Assembly (NCBI GenBank): GCA_965229885.1
Contig: CBDDJX010000002.1
Span: 509,127-573,126, forward strand
From: Vicinamibacterales bacterium
GTDB taxonomy: Bacteria > Acidobacteriota > Vicinamibacteria > Vicinamibacterales > CAVVIG01
Reading direction: 5' to 3'
Length of the DNA: 64,000 nucleotides
Shown here: one piece after another, positions 53,601 to 63,506 of the stretch
Position numbering within the stretch: the stretch's first letter is position 1
How the letters are laid out: every line of letters begins with the position of its first letter
Translations under genes and position numbers: made by a program
Notes under the pieces: model-generated
Databases searched by the model: none
Told to the model about the DNA's origin: nothing
What the model saw: the letters and a program-made list of their open reading frames with translations, nothing else

Positions 53601-53763
53601 GTTTTACCTTTCTGGAAGCGCCAAAGTGACCTGCCGGCTTTCTTCGGACCAGTGATTACTGGAGAACAGCGCCGGTTAGCGTTCGTCGTGCGTGTCCGTG
53701 TTCTTCCTGGACAGCGCGAGCCGGCATCGCCGGCGAGCGCCCTCCGTCATCCGGGCCAGCACC

Positions 53764-53880
53764 GAGCTGCGCTTTGAACTCGGTGGGCGTCAGATAGCCC
53801 AGGCTCGAGTGTGGCCGTACCTCGTTGTAGAGCTGCCGCCACTGTTCGATCCCGACCTTCGCGTCCATGCGGTTCCGAAA
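53764..53880 (-). pseudogene. IS3-family OrfB C-terminal fragment
   Basis: ...IEQWRQLYNEVRPHSSLGYLTPTEFKAQL; cut by the left end of rve-type IS copy 2. Confidence 0.65.
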
Positions 53881-55242
53881 CCTGTGGGTGGCGAATTGCT
53901 AATCAGCCCCACAATCCGTTGAGATTATCAAGTCTTGTGATCCTGGGCGTGGTCGCTAGGATGTCCCAATGCGCGACCCGATCATCCTACTGGTTCACCT
54001 GATCGCCACCCAGGCGCGGCTCATGGGCCCCGGCGGTCTACGGTCTGTCGTCGCCGAATCGCTTTTGGTCAAGCATCAACTGCTGATTCTCAATCGCTCG
54101 CGACACCGGGCGCCGAATCTCCGCGTGTCGGATCGGATCCTCGCCGGTGTCTGTGCGCTGTTCATGCGCCCGGCTCGTGTGTTCCGCTCGGCGATCGTGC
54201 TCAGACCGTCGACGATCCTGAACTTCCATCGAACGTTGCGCCAACGTAAATACCGACTGCTGTTTTCACCGAAGCGCCGCCGCACAGGACCCAAGGGTCC
54301 GCCCAAAGACCTAGTCGACGCCATCGTCGACATGAAGCGGCGCAACCCCAGGTGGGGCTGTCCGCGGATCGCACAACAGATCGCGCTCGCCTTTGCGGTC
54401 GACATCGACAAGGACGTGGTGCGCCGAGTGCTCGCCACGCACTATCGACCGGCACCCCGCTCGGGTGGTCCGTCCTGGCTGACATTCCTGGGGCATGCGA
54501 AAGATAGCCTGTGGAGCATCGACCTGTTCCGGTGCGAGTCGGCGACCCTGCGAAGCCATTGGGTGCTGGTGGTGATGGACCAATACACGCGGCGGATCGT
54601 CGGCTTTGGCATCCATGCTGAAACCGTGGATGGCCGCGCCCTGTGCCGCATGTTCAACCATGCGATTCGAGGGCTCTCGCGTCCGAAGCGCCTCAGCTCC
54701 GACAACGACCCGCTGTATCGGTTTCACCAATGGTGCGCCAACCTGCGGGTGCTGCAGGTGACCGAGGCGAAGAGTGTGCCGTATGTGCCGCTGTCGCATC
54801 CGTTTGTCGAACGGTTGATCGGCACGCTGCGACGAGAATGCGTGGATCAACTGCTGTTCTGGTCTGCGTCAGACCTGGAAGACAAACTGGTGGCCTTCCA
54901 GGACTTCTACAATGCGCATCGGGCCCATGCGTCGTTGGACGGGCGGACGCCCGTCCCGATACGAAAGGATGTCGCACGGCTCGACCGCTACCGCTGGGAC
55001 GAGCATTGCCGCGGACTCTATCAGACGCCGATCGCGGCGTGAATCTGAACAGCGAAGACGGTGGCGAGCGTGGCGACGCGCCCGCCTGCAGAGTCTGCCG
55101 CGTTCCCGCCATCGCGCAGCAGGGCAGTACTTCAGCAACACATCTCAAGCACGCCATCGCGAGAACTTCGCGGATGGTTCCGGCTCCCGCGACATGAAGA
55201 TCGAGCGATAGATCGAATTCTTGCGAATTCGCCACCCACAGG
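53881..55242 (+). mobile_element. rve/DDE-type IS, copy 2 (divergent)
   Basis: Terminal repeats CCTGTGGGTGGCGAATTGC (53881) and GCGAATTCGCCACCCACAGG (ending 55242). Confidence 0.75.
53969..55042 (+). CDS. Integrase-core (rve) DDE transposase
   Basis: MRDPIILLVHLIATQARLMGPGGLRSVVAESLLVKHQLLILNRSRHRAPNL...; colinear with 34910-36001. Confidence 0.85.
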   Translation: MRDPIILLVHLIATQARLMGPGGLRSVVAESLLVKHQLLILNRSRHRAPNLRVSDRILAGVCALFMRPARVFRSAIVLRPSTILNFHRTLRQRKYRLLFSPKRRRTGPKGPPKDLVDAIVDMKRRNPRWGCPRIAQQIALAFAVDIDKDVVRRVLATHYRPAPRSGGPSWLTFLGHAKDSLWSIDLFRCESATLRSHWVLVVMDQYTRRIVGFGIHAETVDGRALCRMFNHAIRGLSRPKRLSSDNDPLYRFHQWCANLRVLQVTEAKSVPYVPLSHPFVERLIGTLRRECVDQLLFWSASDLEDKLVAFQDFYNAHRAHASLDGRTPVPIRKDVARLDRYRWDEHCRGLYQTPIAA

Positions 55243-55941
55243 TTGCCGCCAGGTGGGCGTAGCAAGATAGGAGCGATTATTCGGCAGTGCGGTCTTCTCG
55301 TCAGAAGCAGCCGGTTGGAGGAAGCAGAGACGCTAATGAGCAACGCACTTAGAGATCGCCCAGGTGACTCCGATTTGTACGGATTTAGCGGATGGATCTA
55401 CAAGTCCTGGCAGCCGCCCAGGCTTGCAGATGCGCGACAGCAGTTTAACCGAGCTGCTGAGTTGAGAAGCGTCAAGGAAGACATGTACGAGCACTGGGCG
55501 CGGATGGAGATGAGCCAGCGAGAATGGACAAAGGCGGCAGCGGCTGCGGAGAAAGGGTTAGAGTTGATGCCTGACTCTGCGGTTTTAAGTTACCTTGCCG
55601 GAATGGCGCGAAGCCAAACGAGTAGAGAGCTTCTTGGTGGGCTGCACCACGATCGGGCCACGAAAGAGAATGAGCTTGCCCACGCCCATCTCGATCATGC
55701 GTTTGCCGTATTTGAAGAAGGTGACAGAGTCAGCAAGGAGGATATTTGCCGAGCCCTGGTTCTGCTTTGTGAAACAGTGAAGGACCCGCGCGGGATCCGT
55801 CGCTTTCTTAGGTTGTGGAAGCGGGAAGCACCGGGTGACTATCGCCTCGATACTGAGACGCAAAGGTTGCAGCACAAGTTCAAGACAACTTTCGATCTGG
55901 ACAAAGACCGTTCGTCGATGGATTCCTTCATACGCTATTAG
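55243..55941 (+). CDS. TPR-like helical-repeat protein, probably 5'-truncated by the IS
   Basis: The ORF begins exactly at the IS end. Repeats such as ...ARQQFNRAAELRSVKEDMYEHWARMEMSQREWTKAAAAAEKGLELMPDSAVLSYLAG.... The first internal Met is at 55336. Confidence 0.5.
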   Translation: MPPGGRSKIGAIIRQCGLLVRSSRLEEAETLMSNALRDRPGDSDLYGFSGWIYKSWQPPRLADARQQFNRAAELRSVKEDMYEHWARMEMSQREWTKAAAAAEKGLELMPDSAVLSYLAGMARSQTSRELLGGLHHDRATKENELAHAHLDHAFAVFEEGDRVSKEDICRALVLLCETVKDPRGIRRFLRLWKREAPGDYRLDTETQRLQHKFKTTFDLDKDRSSMDSFIRY

Positions 55942-56295
55942 CCTCAATGTGACAAAAACTGCTGCAGTCGTAATCGATTCTGGCCCGCAAAACACCGTCC
56001 GGTTTGGGGCTGGCCCGCTCCGGTTCAGGTCACAGGTCGTGGCGCGGCGGATCGACGTTTTCGAGCCGTTCCGTGCGGTGATGGCCGGTCGAATCGGCAC
56101 ATGGGTCGCGCGGGATTGTCACATTAGGGTTAGTTAAGGACAAGCGTAGGGAGGTCGGGGGTGTAGGAAATTCCGACCTCGCTGGACACATTGTGTAACC
56201 GTAGGTGTCCAGAATCTGGAGGTCGGGTCCGACGTCCCCCCGTCTTCAGTAGCACTTCGGTTGAGAGTCCGATCATCCGGAAAGGGAGATCGGAC

Positions 56296-56367
56296 GTGAA
56301 GAAGCGATTTACGGAAGCGCAGATCATCGGGTTCCTGCGGGAGGCCGAGGCAGGCCTCCCGAGCTAA
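56296..56367 (+). pseudogene. IS3-family (IS407-like) OrfA N-terminal fragment
   Basis: VKKRFTEAQIIGFLREAEAGLPS-stop. Confidence 0.6.
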
Positions 56368-56416
56368 TTGTTCGTCACCTTGACAGGGCTCGGTGTCCAG
56401 GTTAGCTTCGGACGAA

Positions 56417-57007
56417 ATGTCAGCCCACAACCCACGAGAACGGCGCCTTTTCAGAGACTTGCAGGAGAAAAACGTTCTGACCCAACAGATTCAGCGTTTG
56501 GCTAGCTCCATGCGGCGTCTGCAGGCCCGCGCCGCCAAGAGACGAAGCCATCACTGGAGGGCCCGATACACCAATTCCATCTGGCGAGCCGCGACGAAGG
56601 TGGAGGAGCTCGAGGAACAAGTATTGTCCCGGGCACAGGAGCTTAGGTTGCGTGTGCAGGAGGAACTTGAAATCTCGGTTGAAGAGGTTCAGGCCTTCGA
56701 GGAGCAACACAAGAAAGAGGTCATGGAGCTGAAGGAGGCTCACCAGGCGCTACGCACGGCCGAGCAAGCGCTGAGTGGCGCTGAGCTCGCGTCCGAAGCG
56801 AAGGACAAGGCAGACCGCCTTGCCGAGCTTCGGCACAAGCATCGGCGCGCCGAACGCCAGGCTCGCAAGGAAGCGAAGGACGTCGAAACAGTGGAGCAGG
56901 AGTTGGCGTCCGAGGCGCGCGACCGAGAGATTCTTACGGTTGAACTCCACAAGCTTCTCGAAGAGATCGAGTTACTTCGTCCCGAGGTCGCTGAGAGCAA
57001 CACGTAG
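56417..57007 (+). CDS. Coiled-coil hypothetical protein
   Basis: About 196 aa, rich in E/K/R/L/A heptad-like sequence (…EELEEQVLSRAQELRLRVQEELEISVEEVQAFEEQHKKEVMELKEAHQAL…). Start uncertain (GTG at 56393 is possible). Confidence 0.5.
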   Translation: MSAHNPRERRLFRDLQEKNVLTQQIQRLASSMRRLQARAAKRRSHHWRARYTNSIWRAATKVEELEEQVLSRAQELRLRVQEELEISVEEVQAFEEQHKKEVMELKEAHQALRTAEQALSGAELASEAKDKADRLAELRHKHRRAERQARKEAKDVETVEQELASEARDREILTVELHKLLEEIELLRPEVAESNT

Positions 57008-57036
57008 ACTGGCCTTGTCAAGTGAGGGATTCGCCC

Positions 57037-57108
57037 ATGAACGCCCCCGGCGTTCGGCTTGGTCCGTATGAGATCGTCTCCGCCCTCGGGGCTGGCGGCA
57101 TGGGCGAG
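57037..57108 (+). pseudogene. Ser/Thr protein kinase N-terminal fragment (24 codons)
   Basis: MNAPGVRLGPYEIVSALGAGGMGE: a kinase glycine loop cut exactly at the TGT terminus of IS481 type A. Confidence 0.6.
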
Positions 57109-58100
57109 TGTAATGTAGCGGACCTTGTAGGACAGTCGCCACCGCTACGACTGTAACCGTTCCCGTAATGCCTCGTACGGGGTCCCGCCCGCAAACGCCC
57201 CGTGCGGGCGATGGTAGTTGTAGAAGTGCTCCCACTCGGTCAGCCGCTGCTCAAGATCGACGTCGCCTTTGTAGCTGAGCAGCTGATAGAACTCCTGCTG
57301 GTCGGTGCGATGCGAGCGCTCGACTTTCCCGTTGAGCTGCGGTGTGCGCGGTTTGATATAGACATGGCGGATCCCCTGGTCGGCCAGATGCCAGTGAAAC
57401 AAGGCCTGGAACTCATGCCCGCGATCCGTGCGGATGGTGTGAATCCGGAACGGAAACTTCCCCACGACGTGATCGATGAACGCGATGGCGTTCTGCTGCG
57501 TGTGTCGGCGGTAGACGCGCAGCGCGCGGATCCGCGTGGCGTCATCGATGGCCGTGTACTGGTAGCGTCGGATGTGGCGCCCCGCCGGCCCTTGCAGCGT
57601 CAGAAACTTCACGTCCACCTGCACGTGATGGCCGGGGACCTGCTTCTCGTAGCGATGGGTATGGACGGCCCGGCGGCCCACGCGGGTCGGCAGGCGGTGT
57701 AGCCCGTGGCGGCGCAAGGTGCGGTAGACGGTGGCATCACAGACGGCGATCCCGTGGTAGCGCTCGAGGTACCAGACGATACGGATCGGCCCCAGATGGT
57801 ACGTGCGTCGGAGATGAAGGATCAGTTCGACCACCGCAGGCGGGGTCGCATTGGGGTGAGACCGAGCGCACGGGCGCTTGTTGACGAGCCCGGCGTCTCC
57901 CTCACGCGTATGCGCGCCCCGCCAGAGGTAAAACAGGGAGCGGGGGATGCCGAAGTGACGGCAGGTCTTCCGGACGTTGCCGTGCTGAGCGGCGTAGTCG
58001 AGTACCTGCCTCTTCCGCCGGATATCGTGCTGGGCCTTGGACACCATCTCCCTCCTTCGTGGGCGACATAGGGTGTCCAACAAGGTCTGTAATGTCTACA
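57109..58100 (-). mobile_element. IS481-family element type A (complete copy)
   Basis: TGTAATGTAGCGGACCTTGTAGGACAG ... GTGTCCAACAAGGTCTGTAATGTCTACA (TGT...ACA termini). No matching target duplication in the flanks. Confidence 0.8.
57145..58047 (-). CDS. IS481-family DDE transposase
   Basis: MVSKAQHDIRRKRQVLDYAAQHGNVRKTCRHFGIPRSLFYLWR...HHVQVDVKFL...TDRGHEFQ...PRTPQLNGKVERSHRT.... Start at the internal Met preferred over 58083. Confidence 0.9.
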   Translation of the reverse strand: MVSKAQHDIRRKRQVLDYAAQHGNVRKTCRHFGIPRSLFYLWRGAHTREGDAGLVNKRPCARSHPNATPPAVVELILHLRRTYHLGPIRIVWYLERYHGIAVCDATVYRTLRRHGLHRLPTRVGRRAVHTHRYEKQVPGHHVQVDVKFLTLQGPAGRHIRRYQYTAIDDATRIRALRVYRRHTQQNAIAFIDHVVGKFPFRIHTIRTDRGHEFQALFHWHLADQGIRHVYIKPRTPQLNGKVERSHRTDQQEFYQLLSYKGDVDLEQRLTEWEHFYNYHRPHGAFAGGTPYEALRERLQS

Positions 58101-58442
58101 GGATTTGAGTCGTTCGTCCTGCTGTGGCCGCTGACCTACCTCGGTGCGGTGGTGATGTGGTTTTACGTGTATGGCAAAGCCCGTGCCTGGTGGTACTGCT
58201 ACCACACTCTGCTGCTGGCTGTGTGCGGCGCCCACCTGGCGATCGTGCTGACGAGCGCCCGTGAGTTGTGGCCGCTCTTGGTGGTCCAAAGCTGGCAGCT
58301 TGGTGGCTTTGCCATCTACGCGCTCGGGATTCTGCCCTTTACCGTATTGATTGTGGCAGCACCGCTCTTGCGAGACCGAGTCCAGCAGAAGCGAAGTGCT
58401 GTAGAAAGCATCCTGCCTGGGGACGCCCGGTTGCCGGCGTGA
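58092..58442 (+). CDS. Small integral membrane protein (4 TM); the start codon lies inside the IS481-A terminus
   Basis: MSTGFESFVLLWPLTYLGAVVMWFYVY...LLLAVCGAHLAIVL...GGFAIYALGILPFTVLIVAAPLL. The native N-terminus may be lost. Confidence 0.4.
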   Translation: MSTGFESFVLLWPLTYLGAVVMWFYVYGKARAWWYCYHTLLLAVCGAHLAIVLTSARELWPLLVVQSWQLGGFAIYALGILPFTVLIVAAPLLRDRVQQKRSAVESILPGDARLPA

Positions 58443-58736
58443 GCATCGCGATCACGCAAATTTCAGCGACTGCCGCCGGCCAGCGACCCATCCGTGTGCG
58501 TGTCTGTTTCAGCTCTTCCTGAGTGATGTCGGTAGCGCAGGGCTTTACGCGGGTTATGCACGAACTGCTCGCCGCCCCGTGCGGCTCGCTCCGCAAACCG
58601 CCAGCGTGTTTGACCCTCCGCTGATCATCGCGCCGCCTCCAGGGTTTGGGTGCGGCGGATGAAAAGACGAGTTATCGTGATATCTTCGAGCAGATTCACC
58701 GGAATGGCAGGAGAGCGTCTTGAGGCGTTGCGGAGG

Positions 58737-60869
58737 ATGAGAAGACAGCCTACAACGGCAGCGGGGCCACCATGGTCGGTGCCGCGTGGCGCGGTGTGTC
58801 TGGTCGCGCTGTTGACGATGGCCTGTCAGGCGGCGACGGACGTCGAGGAACGAGCTGGGGAGTCGGTGCCGGCGGTCATTGACCAAGGCGATCTCCCGAG
58901 CATCAGAGCGCGAGGCACGCTCCGCGTGCTGGTGGGCGCAAGCGGCGAAGAGGAGTTTCTTCCGAGGCAGGGGATGCCAGCATCCCTGGACAAGACCCTG
59001 GCGGAAGAGCTCGCCGGGCGCCTAGGCGTCGACATGGAGTTCGTCCTCGTCGACCGCCGCGACGAGCTCATCCCGATGCTGGTGGAGGGGAAGGGCGATC
59101 TCGTGGCCGCTCAGCTCACGGTCACCGACAAGCGAGAGCAACAGGTTGCGTTCGCGCGACCAACAGCAACTGTTGAGGAATGGGTCGTTGGACAAAGGGG
59201 CGCCGAGAACCTTCCTCGATCTCCGGTAGCGCTCGCGGGACGTGAGGTCCACGTCCGGCCGAGCTCGTCGTTCGCGGAGACCTTGGAAGCGCTGCAGGGC
59301 TCGGACATCGCCACGTTCAAGGTGGTCTTCGTAGAAGAGCATCTGGACACCGAGTCGATCGTCTATGAAGTGACACAGGGCAAGCGACCGCTCACCGTCG
59401 TCGATAGCCACACCCTCGATGCTATCCAGGCGTATACCGACGCCGTTGAGCCTTTGTTCAAGATCGCCGAGGGACGCCAGATCGCCTGGGCCGTCCGCCG
59501 GCAGAACCCAGAGCTGCTGGCAGCCACCAACACCTTCCTCGTCGAGAAGTCCTTGACCGGACATACCAATGAACGCTTCCTTGGCGATCTCGAGGGCATC
59601 CGGGAACGGGGCGTGCTGCGGGTGCTCACCCGCAACAATCCAGTGACCTATTATCTTTACCGAGGTCGGCCGATGGGCTTCGACTTCGAGTTGGCGAAGC
59701 TCATCGCCGAGGATCTCGACGTGCGTCTGGCGATGGTTGTGCCACCTTCCCGTGACCAGCTGATCCCGTGGCTCGTGGAAGGCCGTGGCGACATCATTGC
59801 AGCCTCGTTCACGATCACCGAGGAGCGCGGCGCACACGTGGCATTCAGTCAGCCATATCTCTTCGTCGATGAGATGGTCGTGAGCCGGGCGGGGGATCCC
59901 CCGATGACCACCCTGGCTGACTTGAAGGGCACGACGCTCCACGTGCGCAGGTCGTCGAGTTACTACGACACGCTCGAGCGCCTGCAGGGCGACTACGGCC
60001 CGTTCACGATCGTCGAGGCCCCCGAAGATCTCGAAACCGAGCAGCTCATCGGCATGGTCGCTCGTGGCGAGATACCGCTCACTGTGAGCGACAGTCACAT
60101 TCTCAACGTCGAGCTGACGTATCGTGACGAGATCGTTGGCGCGCTGACGCTCTCTCGCGGCGGAGACGACGAGAAGGCGATCGCCTTTGCCGTACGCCAG
60201 CAGAATACCGAGTTCGCAGCGTACCTCGATGGTTTCGTGAAGAAGACCTATCGCGGCCTGGAATACAACCTGGCGAGGAAAGCCTATTTCGAGGACAAGC
60301 ACCGGATCGCGGTTGCGACAACGCGTCGGACCGGCGTGAGCGGCGAGCTGTCACCCTACGACGGCGTCATCAAGAAGTACTCCGAAAGCTACGGGCTCGA
60401 CTGGCGGCTGATGGCAGCCCAGGCGTTTCACGAGAGCGGCTTCGATCCGAACGCGAAGAGCTGGGTCGGCGCGTTAGGGCTCTTCCAGGTCATGCCCGCG
60501 ACCGGACAGGAAATGGGCATCACGGAGCTGGTCGATCCGCCAGAGGGCGGGGTGCGTGCCGGGATTATGTACCTGGATCGGCAGATCAAGCGCATGGATC
60601 CCACGATCCCCTTCAGGCAGCGGGTGCGCTTCGCCCTAGCCGCCTACAACGTTGGGTACGGTCACCTCGTCGATGCACGGCGCCTCGCGGCTGAGATCGG
60701 GCTGGATCCCGATCGCTGGTTTGGCAACGTCGAGAACGCCATCGCTCTGCTGGAGGATCCCCAGTATCACACGAAGGCACGCTACGGCTATTGCCGGGGC
60801 ACGGAGCCGGCCCTGTACGTCTCTCGTATCCAGAACACGTACGACAACTACGTCAAGATCGTGCAGTAG
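58737..60869 (+). CDS. MltF-like membrane-bound lytic murein transglycosylase (two solute-binding-type domains plus SLT domain)
   Basis: Lipoprotein-like ...AVCLVALLTMAC. Two SBP_bac_3-like repeats (LRVLV...DLVAAQLTVTDKREQQVAFARP; LRVLTRNNPVTYY...DIIAASFTITEERGAHVAFSQP). SLT motif AQAFHESGFDPNAKSWVGALGLFQVMPATG. Start chosen at the Met before the signal; the ORF opens at 58650. Confidence 0.8.
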   Translation: MRRQPTTAAGPPWSVPRGAVCLVALLTMACQAATDVEERAGESVPAVIDQGDLPSIRARGTLRVLVGASGEEEFLPRQGMPASLDKTLAEELAGRLGVDMEFVLVDRRDELIPMLVEGKGDLVAAQLTVTDKREQQVAFARPTATVEEWVVGQRGAENLPRSPVALAGREVHVRPSSSFAETLEALQGSDIATFKVVFVEEHLDTESIVYEVTQGKRPLTVVDSHTLDAIQAYTDAVEPLFKIAEGRQIAWAVRRQNPELLAATNTFLVEKSLTGHTNERFLGDLEGIRERGVLRVLTRNNPVTYYLYRGRPMGFDFELAKLIAEDLDVRLAMVVPPSRDQLIPWLVEGRGDIIAASFTITEERGAHVAFSQPYLFVDEMVVSRAGDPPMTTLADLKGTTLHVRRSSSYYDTLERLQGDYGPFTIVEAPEDLETEQLIGMVARGEIPLTVSDSHILNVELTYRDEIVGALTLSRGGDDEKAIAFAVRQQNTEFAAYLDGFVKKTYRGLEYNLARKAYFEDKHRIAVATTRRTGVSGELSPYDGVIKKYSESYGLDWRLMAAQAFHESGFDPNAKSWVGALGLFQVMPATGQEMGITELVDPPEGGVRAGIMYLDRQIKRMDPTIPFRQRVRFALAAYNVGYGHLVDARRLAAEIGLDPDRWFGNVENAIALLEDPQYHTKARYGYCRGTEPALYVSRIQNTYDNYVKIVQ

Positions 60870-61105
60870 CGCACGTGGGAGCACTGGGTCAGCCAGATCT
60901 CCAGGGTGCTTCCGGCAGGAGTATCCGATCTTCGACGTCCCGATGGACCATACGATCTTTCGAAGCCTGCTCCAGGTGGATGACATCCCTCGGATCCCCT
61001 CCATATCAGTACGGAGGCAGAGCGGCGGCGGCACGTCGGACCAAGGCTACTCGAGCGAAGCCAGCGTTTTTGAGGCATCGCCGACGAGCACGGCCGGCTC
61101 ATGGT

Positions 61106-62159
61106 GGCGTTGGTGCACGAATCGAAACTGGCACGCCACGGTCCCAACCACCGGTGCTTCATCGACCGACGGCGTAGGAAGCTGGGCGGCCCATATCGGT
61201 CATCGCATTCAGCATATTGCACGCGAGCTGCGCTTCGACCGTTCTCCCACCGGGTGTCCTGGCTCGAAGACCATCGCCGCTGATCGACGTATACCTGAAG
61301 CAGGCGTTCTCGACTCGCGCGTGCTGATGGTCGCGTGACGTCTTCTTCCACCGTCGCCGTCCGATGCTCTTCACCGTGTTGATTGTGTGATCACGAGCGC
61401 TCGACCGCGGCCTCCGTCGGGACACCCGGGCCGTCTTGGTCGGCGGGACCACGCCGGTCGCGCTCCGTGCACCGGCCGCATCGTAGCAGCCAACCGGATC
61501 GTAGGCTGCGTCCGCGGTGACGCTCGCGCTGTCGTCGTTGACGACCTCGATCAGCTCGACGCCCGTCGTCGCGTCATCGCCCGTCGCGTCCGCGAGCGCG
61601 TGCGCGACGATCACACCGGTGTGATCAACACCCACATGGAGTGTCTTCCACCCGCGCGTGCCACGGCCTCCATGTTGCGCCGTGGCCCATTCACCCGCGC
61701 CGGCCATCGACAGGCCAGTGCTGTCGATGATGCGATGAAGGCCTGCGCGCCGGGGAACGCCCCGAAGCCTGAGGTCGAGGTGTGGGTCACGACGAGACAG
61801 CGTCGTGTGATCAGGCGACCGACGGTCGAGTCCCAGCAGCACGAAGAGCGACGTGAGAAAGCCCGCTGTCTGACGGAGCGGGAGATGGAAGAGAAAACGC
61901 AGCGTCAAGGCGGACTCGATCGCGAGGTCCGAGTACTTCCGCTGTGCGCCTCGCGTGCCCGCTCCGTCAGGTTCCCAGGCGGCGATGGCCGCCGGGGACG
62001 ACCAGATGGTGATGTCGCCTCGACAGACCAGAGCGCGATCAGAGGCGGCCCAGTTCTGGACGTGGTACTGTGTCTTGTACGTGGGATGGACGCTCGACTT
62101 CATCCATCCAGTCTGGTCTGCCCCCTCGCAACCTCACTCCGGATTCGTGCACCAACGCC
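61106..62159 (-). mobile_element. IS5/IS903-like element, copy D (complete)
   Basis: GGCGTTGGTGCACGAATCG (61106) and, inverted, TTCGTGCACCAACGCC (ending 62159). Confidence 0.8.
61159..62103 (-). CDS. IS5-family (IS903 group) DDE transposase
   Basis: MKSSVHPTYKTQYHVQNWAASDRALVCRGDITIW... full length to ...GRPASYAVGR. Confidence 0.9.
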   Translation of the reverse strand: MKSSVHPTYKTQYHVQNWAASDRALVCRGDITIWSSPAAIAAWEPDGAGTRGAQRKYSDLAIESALTLRFLFHLPLRQTAGFLTSLFVLLGLDRRSPDHTTLSRRDPHLDLRLRGVPRRAGLHRIIDSTGLSMAGAGEWATAQHGGRGTRGWKTLHVGVDHTGVIVAHALADATGDDATTGVELIEVVNDDSASVTADAAYDPVGCYDAAGARSATGVVPPTKTARVSRRRPRSSARDHTINTVKSIGRRRWKKTSRDHQHARVENACFRYTSISGDGLRARTPGGRTVEAQLACNMLNAMTDMGRPASYAVGR

Positions 62160-62195
62160 CAGGCACGGACCGAGGGGATTCGGAGACATGATTCC

Positions 62196-62390
62196 TCAGG
62201 TGCTAGCGCGTGGGTAGCTGTGCCTGACTCCATTGGGCCGGAGGATGGCATACGCCGTTTTCGGCTGGGGATACGTGGTCCAAAAGTGGCGGCCGCATTC
62301 CAGGCAGGTCCAGAACTGATCGGGCTTCCAGGCTTCTCCGGGACCAGGATCCGTGAGGTCCATCACCGCTCCGCAACGTTGGCAGCGCAT
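62196..62390 (-). CDS. Small zinc-ribbon protein
   Basis: MRCQRCGAVMDLTDPGPGEAWKPDQFWTCLECGRHFWTTYPQPK...: two CxxC pairs. Occupies the 293-bp gap between IS5 copies D and E. Confidence 0.4.
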   Translation of the reverse strand: MRCQRCGAVMDLTDPGPGEAWKPDQFWTCLECGRHFWTTYPQPKTAYAILRPNGVRHSYPRAST

Positions 62391-62452
62391 CTGAAGATCG
62401 ACGTCACCCACTCGCCCGATTCTAGCACCGAGCCCTCATGGTGCCCCGCCGG

Positions 62453-63506
62453 GGCGTTGTTGCGTAAATCGAAACTGGCACCGAGCGCTCCCCCGCGTAG
62501 GTTCGTCACCGATCGATCGCGAACGACTCTGGTCGACCAAGCTCGGTCATTCGATTGAGCACGTGGCACGCACGCACCGATTCGACAGCTTGCGCTGCGC
62601 GAGTCCGACTTCGAAGTCGATCGCCGAGAATCGACTTGTACCGGAAGAACGCGTTCTCGACGCGGGCCTGTCGATGATAGCCGACCTCCTTCTTCCATCG
62701 ACGCGCCCAATCTTGCTGATCCTTCTGATCGTCCCATCGCGAGCGCTCGACCGCGGGTTGCGTCGGGACAGCTTGGCTGTCTTCGCCGGCGGCACGACGA
62801 CGGTCGTGCCTCGGGTGTTGGCTGTCTCGTAGCAGGCGAGCGTGTCGTAGGCCGCGTCCGCCGTGACCGTCCGCGCGCTGCTGGCAATGGTCGCGATCAG
62901 ATCGATGCCCGTACTCGCGTCATCCACCGCGGAATCGGTCAACGCCTGAGCGACGATCACTCCCGCGTGGTCGACTCCCAGATGAAGCGTCTTCCACCCC
63001 CGCCGCCCGCGTCGTCCGTGTTTCGCCGCCGCCCATTCACCCTCGCCGACCATCGACAGGCCAGTGCTGTCGATGAAGAGGTGCAGGGCGGCGCGCCTGG
63101 GAACGCGTCGGAGTGTGAGGTTGAGATGCTGCCCGCGCCGGGACAGCGTCGTGTGGTCGGGCGACCGCAGGTCAAGGCCCATCAGATGGAAGAGTGAAGT
63201 GAGAAAGCCTTCCGCCTGACGGAGCGGCAGATGGAAGAGGAGACGCAGCGTCAGGGCGGTTTCGATCGCGAGGTCCGAGTACTCCGGTGGCGCGCCCCGC
63301 GTGCGCGTTCCCTCAGGTTTCTAGGCTGCGATGGCCGCCCTGGACAACCAGATGGTGATGTTGCCCCGACCGATCAGGGCTCGCTCGTAGGACGCCCAGT
63401 TTCGGACGCGGTATTTCGTCTTGTATTTCGGATGGACTCTCGACTTCATCCCTCCAGTCTCGTCTGGGTCCCTCTCAACCTCACACTTGATTTGTGCAAC
63501 AACGCC
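62453..63506 (-). pseudogene. IS5/IS903-like element, copy E, transposase broken by several frameshifts
   Basis: Terminal repeats GGCGTTGTTGCGTAAATCG (62453) and TTTGTGCAACAACGCC (ending 63506). MKSRVHPKYKTKYRVRNWASYERALIGRGNITIWL (from 63449), ...DHTTLSRRGQHLNLTLRR...FIDSTGLSMVGEGEW... and ...LNRMTELGRPESFAIDR lie in different frames. Confidence 0.8.
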
